Below, piece by piece: positions 1-9,743 of a DNA stretch of 64,000 bases. The notes beneath the pieces are model-generated. The model saw only the letters and a list, made by a program, of their open reading frames with translations, made no database searches and was not told the DNA's origin. The stretch is from Candidatus Thermosaccharophagus tengchongensis. GTDB taxonomy: Bacteria; Armatimonadota; Fervidibacteria; Fervidibacterales; Thermosaccharophagaceae. Position 1 is the first letter of the stretch. Every line of letters begins with the position of its first letter. The stretch lies in NCBI GenBank assembly GCA_032161105.1, contig JAVHTD010000002.1. One strand, 5' to 3'. A program made the translations under genes and the position numbers.

Positions 1-542
1 CTTCTGTCGTGCTTCAATATCTCGCTTTGCGCCTGCTCTTTTGAGATGCCCAACGACGACGAAAGATGCTCTACGCGCCATTGCAATGGCGCCGTTAAAC
101 GCACATGAAATGCTCTTGGCTTATTCCTCAGTATAGCCATCCCGCCCCGCCCAACAATGACTACGCCACCACGAAGGTATAACCGCTCAATGAGTTGCCT
201 TATGAGCTCGGCATAGGCTTCATGGTCAAGCGGGTCGTATCGTGACACGGCGCCAGTTTGCCTTACCGAGAGCGTTTCCGGCGGATGCCTTATGATGCTC
301 GGAGTCCAATGCACATCTGCGCATCTGCCACCATGCCGAAGCAGCATGTAAATGAACCGCAAAAGCGGGTTCATGTAAACTTCGTCAAACTTCTCAACTT
401 CGTGTTCAGGCAACTCTGCCATTTCGGCAACATGCTTTATAACCTCTCGGTCAACAAATTCATATCCGAGCAAGTCAGCCACCTTATGTGCTATCAGTTC
501 GCCGCTGCATCCATGCGCTCTGCTGATGGTTATGACAGCCAT
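1..542 (-). CDS. Cytidylate kinase-like family protein (3' end truncated by the window edge)
   Basis: Not in the ORF track. My translation from ATG at 542 (GGAGG RBS 8 nt upstream) reads MAVITISRAHGCSGELIAHKVADLLGYEFVDREVI...GVVIVGRGG...FHVRLTAPLQWRV, typical of the cytidylate kinase-like P-loop family. Confidence 0.85.
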   Translation of the reverse strand, partial: MAVITISRAHGCSGELIAHKVADLLGYEFVDREVIKHVAEMAELPEHEVEKFDEVYMNPLLRFIYMLLRHGGRCADVHWTPSIIRHPPETLSVRQTGAVSRYDPLDHEAYAELIRQLIERLYLRGGVVIVGRGGMAILRNKPRAFHVRLTAPLQWRVEHLSSSLGISKEQAQSEILKHDR

Positions 543-690
543 CTCATTGCCCTCCATGAAGCATCGGAGCAGCTCTGTGCGGGATGTCCGAGCACCTTTC
601 GCGTTGCCAGCCAGATTGCGTTTAACCCTGCGATACAATTTTACTTAAAATGGCATCTGGTGGGCAATTGAACTTCGGAGGTGCTGGAGG

Positions 691-1557
691 GTGAAGCTTC
701 TTAAGCCGTTATATGCGCTCGTAGCGGCAACTGCTGCGTTCCTTTATAGCCATGCATGCTCAGAACGAATCACATTCACCATCACTGAGGGGATGACGCT
801 TCAAAGCGCACTGCAAGCGATCGCCAACCGCAGCGGTCAACCAGTTTATGTATCAAAGCGAGATGCTGAATTGATCAAAGCCTATCGCTTCCCGCCGCAC
901 ATGATTGGAGTGACGGTTAGAGCTGACACGGCTGGGCAGGCGCTATCCTTCCTCTTCGGAGCCGGATGGGAAGGCTCCCCCATTCCCGCCGAGCTGCGTG
1001 ACAAAGCGAGCGACGATTACAAGCTCGCAAGAACACCGCCGATGATCAAGCTTAACGGCATCACAAGTTGGGCATGCAACAACCGATATTTTGATTGGAA
1101 GCCCGAGGGCAACGGCGTGCGCGTAATCGTGCGCCTACAGCCCGATGGCGATGTCGTCAAGCGAAAGCCATTTAAGCTTGAACTGGTGGATGAAGCTACA
1201 ATTGATGTTGTCAGAGATTTAATCAACCAATGCAGCGGGGTTTACTTCAACATCATTCCCGAGGAGCACAAGTTCATGCCCTCAAACTTGCTGCCACAAT
1301 ACAAGCGCTTGAAGGTGAAAGAGCCATTCCTTGTTCCGATGAGGGTGGCGCAGCTCTCGTTGCTTTTCGGCGCCTTGCTTGAAGAGGAGCACTCCCTCGG
1401 TGAGTGGTTAACCATGCTTGCCGAGGGATTGAACTTGCATTGCCGTCAAAGGGGATGCCTTTGGAAATGGACTGTGTGGTCTGAAGGGGATAAGGGGAAA
1501 CTCGTCTACACGCTTCGTTGCTATGCTCATCCAAGCGGTTCACAACCTGCGAAATGA
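691..1557 (+). CDS. Hypothetical exported protein with an internally duplicated domain
   Basis: GGAGG RBS. Basic then hydrophobic N-terminus resembling a signal peptide (MKLLKPLYALVAATAAFLYSHA). Two halves share motifs (ALSFLFGA / QLSLLFGA). Confidence 0.7.
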   Translation: MKLLKPLYALVAATAAFLYSHACSERITFTITEGMTLQSALQAIANRSGQPVYVSKRDAELIKAYRFPPHMIGVTVRADTAGQALSFLFGAGWEGSPIPAELRDKASDDYKLARTPPMIKLNGITSWACNNRYFDWKPEGNGVRVIVRLQPDGDVVKRKPFKLELVDEATIDVVRDLINQCSGVYFNIIPEEHKFMPSNLLPQYKRLKVKEPFLVPMRVAQLSLLFGALLEEEHSLGEWLTMLAEGLNLHCRQRGCLWKWTVWSEGDKGKLVYTLRCYAHPSGSQPAK

Positions 1558-2618
1558 GGCGGCGCAGGATGAGCGGCGGGTCAAATCGGAGCAACTCATC
1601 CAGCTGCTCTGGCACAAAGGGTGTCGTTCAAACTATAGCGCCAACGGCTTCTTCATTTGCCGGAGCGATGCTCTCCTTCCTTTCTTACTTTGCGAGGGCT
1701 GAGTGGTCCGCTCCGGCAATCAGCCTCATCGCGTTGGTGGCACTGTTTAGTCTCATCTCGGAGCCATTTAGGCAGCCGGAAAATTTTTACAACATAGGTT
1801 TGCAAGCCCCGATCACGGTAATAATAGCTGTCGGACAAACGCTCGTCATAGCAGCCGGGGGAATTGATCTGTCAGTTGGGTCGGTGTTAGCATTGGCATC
1901 TGTCATTGCGGCGTGGTTGATAAATCGCGGGTGTGATCCGGCTGTAGGACTGCTCGTTGCCATCCTCATAGGATGCATTTGTGGCGCAATCAATGGTGCT
2001 CTTATCACTGTTGGGCGGCTCCCAGCTTTTGTTGCCACATTGGGCATGATGAGCGTTGCAAGGGGATTGGCTCATCTAATTAGCAAAGGCGTCAGCATCT
2101 TCATCCCGCAGAGTTGGTTTTGGAGCATAAGCAGCCAGCGGATTGTCTTCTTACCGCTGCCGTTCATTATAGCGATGCTGGTTGCATTTATGGGGCATGT
2201 GATCCTTGCTTACACGCGCCTCGGAAGATATCTGTATGCAGTCGGGGGCAACTATGAGGCGGCTCGCCTATCCGGAGTCCCAGTCAGATGGGTGCTCATC
2301 ACCGCCTTCATATTGTGTGGTCTTTGCACTGGGATAGCGGCGGTGGTGGAGGCATCACGCGTTACAATCGGTTCTCCAATGAGCGGCATTATGTATGAGC
2401 TGCATGCGATAGCCGCGTGCGTCATAGGTGGTGCAAGCTTATCTGGTGGGCGTGGGACGATACTTGGGACACTGGCTGGAGCTCTGCTCATGGCTGTTCT
2501 GCGCAACGGATGTGATGCGCTTAACTTGCGCTATGAATACCAACAAATAGTCATCGGCGTTGCAGTCATCGTTGCAGTCCTATATGACAGGTGGCGCTAC
2601 GCATCAAGGGCGAGTTGA
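1554..2618 (+). CDS. Sugar ABC transporter permease (RbsC-like)
   Basis: GQTLVIAAGGIDLSVGS, LPAFVATLG, GRYLYAVGGNYEAARLSGV and ELHAIAACVIGGASLSGGRG motifs. ATG at 1554 overlaps the upstream TGA; 1569 is an alternative start. Confidence 0.9.
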   Translation: MRRRRMSGGSNRSNSSSCSGTKGVVQTIAPTASSFAGAMLSFLSYFARAEWSAPAISLIALVALFSLISEPFRQPENFYNIGLQAPITVIIAVGQTLVIAAGGIDLSVGSVLALASVIAAWLINRGCDPAVGLLVAILIGCICGAINGALITVGRLPAFVATLGMMSVARGLAHLISKGVSIFIPQSWFWSISSQRIVFLPLPFIIAMLVAFMGHVILAYTRLGRYLYAVGGNYEAARLSGVPVRWVLITAFILCGLCTGIAAVVEASRVTIGSPMSGIMYELHAIAACVIGGASLSGGRGTILGTLAGALLMAVLRNGCDALNLRYEYQQIVIGVAVIVAVLYDRWRYASRAS

Positions 2619-2693
2619 GAGTTGTCCCGTGTCAATTAGTCCTCGTGGCGATCGGGGCTCGTTGAGCATTAATGGTGAGTTGTGGAACACCCA

Positions 2694-4301
2694 TCAACCG
2701 CATCTACGAATGACCCTTCCCGGGAGCGCGCCTGTGAGTTGACCATCCGAGACGACAGCGACACCGTTCACAAAGACATGCCTTATCCCGATTGGAGCTT
2801 TGTATGGCTCTTCGTAAGTGCTCGTGTCAATCACAGATTGCGGATCAAAGATGACGATGTCGGCATAGTTGTTTTGCCTCAATTCGCCGCGCCCCCTCAG
2901 CCCAAACTTTGATGCCGGTAGCGATGTCATCTTCCTTATGGCTTCGGTGAGCGTAAGGACGCGCCTCTCGCGAACATACCGCCCGAGTATTCTCGGGAAT
3001 GTCCCGAAGGCTCTCGGGTGCGGTTTCCCTCTCAGTCCCTCCTTGCCATCTGCCGTGAACTTGCGTGCTGATGCATCCGTGCCAAACATTGTCCTCCCAT
3101 AACGCATGACGCAAATCACATCATCCTCTGAGAGCGAGAAACGAATCATTGTGGTCTGCGCTTTGTCCTCTGTGAGGATGTATACAAGCGCATCAAATGG
3201 CTCTTTTCCGATAGCCTCAGCCACTTCGGTCATTCTCAATCCCTCAAATTGCCTCAGGTGCTCATGTGCCACCTCGGAGAGCATTATCTGCCCCCATTCC
3301 TCATCCGAGCCGAAAGCTTCCTCAACTTCCCTGCGTATGCGCTGCAGCATGCCCTCATCTTTCAGCCTCTGGAGCAATTGTTCGGTGCCGCCTGAATGCA
3401 CCCACTTTGGGAGAACCATCTTGAGCGATGTCGCTGTTGCCGTATACGGATACTGGTCGCACGAGACATCCAGACCATGTTCATTTGCCCGCTCAATCAT
3501 CGGCAGCGTCTGCTCAACCTTCCCCCAGTTGTCTTTGCCAACAGCCTTGTGATGTGATATCTGCACGGGAACACCAGTTTGCCTTGCGACATCAACCGCT
3601 TCATGCACGGCTTCAATTAACTCGGATGACTCGTTACGCATGTGCGTCGCATATAAGCCGCTGTAATGACGCACAACTTTGCACAGCTCAACGAGCTCGT
3701 CAGGTTTGGAAAAACACCCCGGTGAATAAATGAGGCCGGACGAGAGCCCAATTGCACCTTCTTCAAGCGCTTCAGCCAACAGCATTTTCATCCGAGTCAA
3801 TTCGTCTTCTGAGGGCTCTCTATCCTCTTCTCCCATTATCGCAGAGCGTATCGTGTTGTGCCCAACGAATGTGGCTATATTCACGCTCACCCCGCCACCC
3901 TCAAGCTCCCCAAGGAACTCGGCGAGCCTCCTCCAGCGCCCTTGGATTCCGTATGTGTGCAATGGTGTCGCCAATTGCGAGGCTACATCCTCACCCAAAA
4001 CTGGTGCCGGTGAGAAACCGCAGTTCCCGCACACCTCGGTTGTGATGCCTTGCATCACTTTACTCTCGCAAAGCCTGTTTACTAAAAGCTCTTGATCCGA
4101 GTGACCATGAGCGTCAATGAATCCGGGGCATGCCACCATGCCTGTGGCATCAATGACGAGTTTGTAATTTGCATCCCAGCCGCTCGGCACCTGTCCAATG
4201 TGCTCAATCCTATCGCCGCAGATGACTATGTCTGCAAAGAATGGTTGACTTCCAGTGCCATCAATAACTGTGGCATTCCGTATGAGTATCCTCTCACCCA
4301 T
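2694..4301 (-). CDS. N-acyl-D-amino-acid deacylase (amidohydrolase superfamily)
   Basis: PGFIDAHGHSD, GITTEVCGNCG, YATHMRNE, QISHHKA and PHPRAFGTFPR motifs. Confidence 0.9.
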   Translation of the reverse strand: MGERILIRNATVIDGTGSQPFFADIVICGDRIEHIGQVPSGWDANYKLVIDATGMVACPGFIDAHGHSDQELLVNRLCESKVMQGITTEVCGNCGFSPAPVLGEDVASQLATPLHTYGIQGRWRRLAEFLGELEGGGVSVNIATFVGHNTIRSAIMGEEDREPSEDELTRMKMLLAEALEEGAIGLSSGLIYSPGCFSKPDELVELCKVVRHYSGLYATHMRNESSELIEAVHEAVDVARQTGVPVQISHHKAVGKDNWGKVEQTLPMIERANEHGLDVSCDQYPYTATATSLKMVLPKWVHSGGTEQLLQRLKDEGMLQRIRREVEEAFGSDEEWGQIMLSEVAHEHLRQFEGLRMTEVAEAIGKEPFDALVYILTEDKAQTTMIRFSLSEDDVICVMRYGRTMFGTDASARKFTADGKEGLRGKPHPRAFGTFPRILGRYVRERRVLTLTEAIRKMTSLPASKFGLRGRGELRQNNYADIVIFDPQSVIDTSTYEEPYKAPIGIRHVFVNGVAVVSDGQLTGALPGRVIRRCG

Positions 4302-4588
4302 TTTTCTCCCCCCTTGAGCTTTGACTTTCCGCTCAAGGATGCGAGTTTATCTCACTTTCGCAGCGCAGGGTTGCTGCTGCGCATTGAACCGGCAATGCTC
4401 ATCTCCAAAATGCGTAAAGTTGTAATTCGCACGGCGTTGATGCAGCTGCATGTGCTGACCTTTGCAACCGGCATCAAGTTGCATTTTTGCTTTTTGGCAT
4501 GTTGGCGTCCATTGAAGCCATCCGAGGGCATAATTTGTGGCATGATAATGAGTTCGGCAAACACAGCCTTGAAGGGCGGTGGGTTGTA

Positions 4589-5668
4589 ATGGGCGACATA
4601 TTTCGCGTTGGCATAGTCGGATGTGGACGGAAAGCCTCCACCATTGACGATGAGGCGCATTTGCGTTGGCTGACAAACTATGATGTTGTTCCGAGCACGC
4701 ACACATCCGCATACCTGCAAAATCCGCACACCGAAATAGTTGCAGTGGCAGCTCGCACCGAGGAGTCACTTCGCCGATACATCTTGAGATGGGGCTTGCA
4801 CGATGTGCACACATACACTGACTACCGCAAGATGTTTGAGAACGAGCAGTTGGACATAGTGAGTGTCGTCACGCATGCTGATATGCATGCTGAAGTGACC
4901 ATAGCAGCCGCACGAGCCGGTGTGAAGGGAATCATCTGTGAGAAGGCTATGGCGACTTCATTGCGAGAGGCTGACGAGATGATAAGCGAATGCGAGCGAA
5001 ACAATGTCAAGCTACTAATAAACCATCCGAGGCGCTACCATCCCACATTTATCAAAGCGAAGGGGTTACTTGACTCCGGCGCCATAGGTGAGTTGAGGAG
5101 CATGCGTGGAGCTATCTGGACATTCCTCCTCCATAACGGAACGCACCTTTGGGATATGTTTTGCTACTTCGCTGGTGATGCCGAAACCGTTTGGGGGTAT
5201 GTTGCCGATGAAGATGTGCCAGACCCGGGAGGATGCGCGATGATTCGCTTCAGGGGTGGCGTCATGGCATTTGCCGATGTGATGACCATGCAGGGCTTCA
5301 ACATGCAGCTTTATGGCACCGATGGTCTGATTCACATAGACATGTTTCGTGAGGGCTTTCGCATTGAAGTTTACGAGGATGTGATACCGCCATCACCTGA
5401 CAGACCATATTACCAATTCCGCCCAAGGAGGATTTTGCGCAGCGAGCATGTTGGGGTAGAGCATCCATTTACGCCACCAATGCAAGCTGCAGTTCAGGAT
5501 TTGATTGATTCAATTCGTGAAGATAGGCAACCACGCTCAAGCGGTTATGATGGGCGCAAAGCTTTGGAGCTCGGAATAGCCGTTCATGCATCGGCGAAGC
5601 GCAACGGCGCTGCAGTCCATTTGCCGCTCAGCGGCGAGCATAGAGCGTTGCGCGTAATTTCAAGGTGA
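4589..5668 (+). CDS. Gfo/Idh/MocA family oxidoreductase
   Basis: RVGIVGCG Rossmann start, CEKAMA motif and GTHLWD. Start moved to ATG 4589. Confidence 0.88.
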   Translation: MGDIFRVGIVGCGRKASTIDDEAHLRWLTNYDVVPSTHTSAYLQNPHTEIVAVAARTEESLRRYILRWGLHDVHTYTDYRKMFENEQLDIVSVVTHADMHAEVTIAAARAGVKGIICEKAMATSLREADEMISECERNNVKLLINHPRRYHPTFIKAKGLLDSGAIGELRSMRGAIWTFLLHNGTHLWDMFCYFAGDAETVWGYVADEDVPDPGGCAMIRFRGGVMAFADVMTMQGFNMQLYGTDGLIHIDMFREGFRIEVYEDVIPPSPDRPYYQFRPRRILRSEHVGVEHPFTPPMQAAVQDLIDSIREDRQPRSSGYDGRKALELGIAVHASAKRNGAAVHLPLSGEHRALRVISR

Positions 5669-5694
5669 AGGAGCACAGCGCGTGGTGATGCAAC

Positions 5695-6477
5695 TTGGCT
5701 AAGCGAAAGACGAGGAAGGAGAAGGAGAGGGCAGCAAAGCGTTGGGAGCTGCTCAGGGAAATGACGCAGTTTGGATATGGCTTGCTGCCGGATGAGGTTG
5801 TGGAAAAGGCTTTCAAGGCTTACAGTGAGGCTGTCAAGCGATATGAGCGTGGTGAGTTGCGCGAAGCCGTGGAAGCATTATCTCGGGCATTACAGTTGAG
5901 CCCAAACGCTGTGCCAGCTTTAAAATTGCATGCGCGCATAATGATGCACCTTGAGCGATACGATGAAGCGATCTCTCTCCTGTCAAAGCTTTTGGAGCTC
6001 AGACCAAACGACGCTGAGTCTTATTTGGAACTCGGGTCGGCGCTTGAGCGCACAGGTCAATTAAGGCGAGCGCTTGATGCCTTTAGGAAAGCCGCTGAGA
6101 TTGCCACCTCACTCAGCCCGCAACCGAGTTGGCTTGATGAGCTAAATGCCCGATGTGAGCGGATTGAGAGAGAGCTTTCAAAGGAACGGGAATTGCGCTC
6201 GCTTCAGGAAAGGCTGAAGGAAGTTGAAGAACTCCTGCACCTCGCTGATGTGTATGAGAGGAGCGGCTTCCCAAGGCGCGCAAAAGACTACTTGCAAAGG
6301 GCTCTTGAGTTGAATCCCGAGGATGCCAAAGTGGCGCTTCGCATAGCTGAGATTGACATTGAGCTCGGAAATTTAAATGAGGCTTATGAGTTGCTCAACT
6401 CCATTGAGGAACGCCACCCAACATTTGCTGACAGTGTGCGGAGGCTAAAGGAAAGGCTCGCTCAAAAGGCTCAATGA
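5695..6477 (+). CDS. Tetratricopeptide-repeat protein
   Basis: Repeated TPR patterns (ALSRALQLSPN, LLELRPNDAESYLELG, LQRALELNPEDAKV) with a coiled-coil linker. Confidence 0.85.
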   Translation: MAKRKTRKEKERAAKRWELLREMTQFGYGLLPDEVVEKAFKAYSEAVKRYERGELREAVEALSRALQLSPNAVPALKLHARIMMHLERYDEAISLLSKLLELRPNDAESYLELGSALERTGQLRRALDAFRKAAEIATSLSPQPSWLDELNARCERIERELSKERELRSLQERLKEVEELLHLADVYERSGFPRRAKDYLQRALELNPEDAKVALRIAEIDIELGNLNEAYELLNSIEERHPTFADSVRRLKERLAQKAQ

Positions 6478-6526
6478 AACAACCAGCGTGGTTTTGATGA
6501 TCCAGCTGCTGTTGGGCATGGAATGC

Positions 6527-8023
6527 TCATAACTTGCTTACAACCCACACCCTTTTCTGAGCGCGATGCCTGCGCTGCCACAGAAGGAGCAAATCACCAA
6601 TGAGCCACAGTAAAATGGCGATGGCAGGGCGATAGCCGAGTGACATTTTGAGAGTGGGACTCCAAGTCCATATGGTTCCAAAGAGCGCACATAGAAGCCC
6701 AACCACTCTCATCACAAAGGCGGTCCAGCTGATGGGTTGGTTCACCCTCTTTAACATTGAACGATGCACCCATAGGCGCTCCTTACGAACGCACATTGCC
6801 CTCCTGAGGATGGCAAACATTATCGCAGTGAATAGCACCCAACCGCATACAGCCCAAATGTCAAGAAAGCCGATGTAGAGGGTGAAAGCTGCCACCACCG
6901 TTTTGAACCTCTCAGTCAGCGTCTGTAGTTCGTAACTTTCCGGGCTCATCGGCAGATGCTCAAACCAAGTCATCGGCAGCGTCCTGCCGGAGCGCAGCGC
7001 TTCAATGGCATCGTTTGCATCTCGCATTTTGCCATGCAGGCATGTCGCTGTGAGGCTGTGCGCACCAAATTTGAAATCGTTGCTCGCTATAAGCGCGAAC
7101 CTGCCGTAAAAAGCCCGCCACAGCGGTATGTCATCGCTGATAATGCTCCTGTTGATGACCTCAAAGCCATCAACATGAAGCGCAAGCTCATCAATCCGAT
7201 GACAAGCAGTCCAGGGATGGGCTACAATTACAGCGCCGCCAGCGGAGTGAACCTCGCTTATGACCCTCTCAAGTTCTTCGTCAGGGCTGTAATCTCGGTT
7301 GATGCCGAGCAGCAGCAAATGCGTTCCAGAATGCAATTCTTCCCCAACGATGACGATGGTCTTATAGCCTTTCGCCACGGCGTATTGTTGCGCATCAATG
7401 CCACCCTTGATTGTGTTTGTGTCGGTTACGGCTATGACATCAAAGCCGCGCCTGCGATGCCACTCAACCACGCCGGCTGGGCTGAATAGACCGCTTGAGT
7501 AATAAGTGTGCGCGTGCAAGTTGGCGACAGCACAGTTGTGCCCAGTTGCTCTATAGCGCATTGTTGGCGCGTAAAAACTCAGCCAACACGCCCCTGTGAA
7601 CAACTGTGCGGAGAGCACCAGTGAGGCGATCAACTTGTGCAAGGTGTCACTGATGGTTTGCCCTCTGAGAAGGATTTGGGCAGAGATGGTGGTGATGGCA
7701 GAAAACAGCGCTGTGAGAATCGCAACGCATATTGTGTCGGCGGTGCCAGCAATGAAGGCGAGGGCAAGTAAAGGCTCGGCGATTAAGCGGGCAATTGCAT
7801 GTGGCTTAAGGGGCTCAACTTGAACATGTGAGCTCTGTTTTGCCACAACGACTTTCCACTCCGGGGAATATTCCAAGACGAAGTTGTAGGGGCGCTTCAA
7901 TGCGAATTGAAGCGACATGAGGATACCCACAATAACTGCCACGATGAGGAGCAACATAAGTCGGTGTGGTAGCTTCCTCTTGCCGAACTTGCCAGTTACT
8001 TTGATTGGTATAGGCTTGCTCAT
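6527..8023 (-). CDS. Multi-pass membrane protein with a PHP-domain metallophosphoesterase fold
   Basis: NLHAHT, VIAVTD, GEE, HLLLLG and VIVAHP PHP motifs flanked by several hydrophobic helices. Confidence 0.75.
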   Translation of the reverse strand: MSKPIPIKVTGKFGKRKLPHRLMLLLIVAVIVGILMSLQFALKRPYNFVLEYSPEWKVVVAKQSSHVQVEPLKPHAIARLIAEPLLALAFIAGTADTICVAILTALFSAITTISAQILLRGQTISDTLHKLIASLVLSAQLFTGACWLSFYAPTMRYRATGHNCAVANLHAHTYYSSGLFSPAGVVEWHRRRGFDVIAVTDTNTIKGGIDAQQYAVAKGYKTIVIVGEELHSGTHLLLLGINRDYSPDEELERVISEVHSAGGAVIVAHPWTACHRIDELALHVDGFEVINRSIISDDIPLWRAFYGRFALIASNDFKFGAHSLTATCLHGKMRDANDAIEALRSGRTLPMTWFEHLPMSPESYELQTLTERFKTVVAAFTLYIGFLDIWAVCGWVLFTAIMFAILRRAMCVRKERLWVHRSMLKRVNQPISWTAFVMRVVGLLCALFGTIWTWSPTLKMSLGYRPAIAILLWLIGDLLLLWQRRHRAQKRVWVVSKL

Positions 8024-8433
8024 GATGCCCTTTGCTCGTCCGTTTGGGCTTCCCTGAACCCGAGCAATTCACCCACGATCTCCACCAGTGCCCTTGGTCT
8101 AAAGGGCTTGGTGAGATAACGGCTTGCGCCAAGCTCCATGCCTTTCCTTCTGTCCTCTTCGCCCCTTTCGGATGTGAGTATGATGACCGGTATTGAACTC
8201 AGGCTTGGGTCACCCTTCATAAAACTGAGCAGTTGCAGCCCACTCATCTCCGGCATGTGTATGTCAATGATTGCAAGGTCAATCCTTTGCTGCCTAAGAA
8301 GTCGCAATGCCTCAAAACCATTTGATGCTTCAACCACCTCGCACCCCTCGAGCAGGCGGAGAGATGCATTCACAATTTTGCGAAGCGTTTCCGAATCATC
8401 AACGATGAGCACGCGCTTGTTCTGTGTTTTCAT
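8020..8433 (-). CDS. Single-domain response regulator (CheY-like)
   Basis: VLIVDD, DIHMPEMSG (phospho-Asp), LTS and KPF receiver motifs. Confidence 0.92.
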   Translation of the reverse strand: MKTQNKRVLIVDDSETLRKIVNASLRLLEGCEVVEASNGFEALRLLRQQRIDLAIIDIHMPEMSGLQLLSFMKGDPSLSSIPVIILTSERGEEDRRKGMELGASRYLTKPFRPRALVEIVGELLGFREAQTDEQRAS

Positions 8434-8618
8434 AACGGTTTTGCCCCCCTCAGCGCAGTGCCCTTCCCCTCAATGTAGTTTATAGCGGATGCATCGCACA
8501 AAGCCAAATGCAGCTTGACATGCGCGCCATGCGGCTGCGCTGCTCCACCTGCAAGGGTGACACTTACGGCATATCAGCCAATGGTAGCTTTATAGCGTGG
8601 CTTCACGACCGCCCTCCC

Positions 8619-9731
8619 TCAGCAGGTGCTCAAAGCCGCCTCATATGCCTGCATTGTCAACTCTGCCGTCCTTTCCCAAGTGTAAGTGTTTGCGACCTCA
8701 AGTCCAGCCCTTACCAACCTATGCGATAGTTCATCATCCGTTAGCACCCTCTCAATCGCCTCAGCGACTTCTCTCCAATCGTTTGGGTTAACCAACAAAG
8801 CGGCGTTGCGTGCAAATTCATTTACAGCTGGCGCGTCGCCAGCCACTACTGGTGTGCCGCATGCCATTGCCTCAAGAACGGGCAACCCAAAACCTTCGTA
8901 GCGCGATGGGAAGGCAAAAACATCGGCTGCGCTGTATAGGATGGAAAGCATTTCATCCGACACATACCCGGTGAAGACCAATCTGTTAGCAGCCTCACCG
9001 GCGACCTTCATGAGCAGCTGCTTCATGTATTCACTTGAAGCCCCGGTTAGCACAAGCCAGTCAACTGGCGCACCGTTTTGAATCAGCCTTCGGAAGGCGC
9101 GAGCGAGCACATGCGCGTTTTTCCTCGGTCGGAAGAAATTGACTGTGAGGATGAATCGCCCTCGTATGCCGAGCAACCGATATAGCTCCATCTTAGCGGC
9201 TGCTTTTTCCATCGGCTTGAGGTGCGCCGAAACACCATATGGCGTCACGAATACCTTTTTCGGGTTCACCTTAAACAGCCTTACGACATCTCTTTTCGCG
9301 CTGTTTGATGGGACGAGCACAACCCTTGAGCGATGCAATGAGACGAAGCTTAGCGCATTGGTTATGATGCGTGTCTTCACACTTGATGGCTCAATGAACA
9401 TTGCTGATATGGCATCATGCATCGTCACCGCTGTCGGGCATGTGCACAGTGGCGGGACAATATACTCCGCATGGAAGAGTTCAATGCCATCTCGCCTCGC
9501 TGCAGCGGTGACTTGGAACAGCGTCCACCACCACCCGGATGGCGCGCGCAGCGGCACCCACTTTGCCCTGTCTGGTAATGGCATCAGGTCTGCAACATCG
9601 CATGGATGGTAATAGAGCATTGCTTCATAGTTGGTGAATTGCTTTGCGAGTTCGCTCACGAGATTGAGCATGTAAGTTCTCATCCCTGTCCAACGCATTG
9701 CTGCCGGGCGTGCATCGTATCCGATGCGCAC
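8619..9731 (-). CDS. Glycosyltransferase family 4
   Basis: MRIGYDAR start and FPSRYEGFGLPVLEAMACGTPV GT4 signature. Confidence 0.92.
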   Translation of the reverse strand: MRIGYDARPAAMRWTGMRTYMLNLVSELAKQFTNYEAMLYYHPCDVADLMPLPDRAKWVPLRAPSGWWWTLFQVTAAARRDGIELFHAEYIVPPLCTCPTAVTMHDAISAMFIEPSSVKTRIITNALSFVSLHRSRVVLVPSNSAKRDVVRLFKVNPKKVFVTPYGVSAHLKPMEKAAAKMELYRLLGIRGRFILTVNFFRPRKNAHVLARAFRRLIQNGAPVDWLVLTGASSEYMKQLLMKVAGEAANRLVFTGYVSDEMLSILYSAADVFAFPSRYEGFGLPVLEAMACGTPVVAGDAPAVNEFARNAALLVNPNDWREVAEAIERVLTDDELSHRLVRAGLEVANTYTWERTAELTMQAYEAALSTC

Positions 9732-9743
9732 GGTAATTTCACC

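Noticed and set aside
258..671. 137-aa plus-strand ORF in the supplied track
   Set aside because: It is the antisense shadow of the cytidylate kinase-like gene (1-542, minus), which has a recognisable protein and RBS.
4302..4588. Hairpins in the divergent intergenic region (CCTTGAGC/GCTCAAGG; TTGATGC/GCATCAA) as a possible riboswitch
   Set aside because: No recognisable aptamer consensus; the stems are short enough to be chance.
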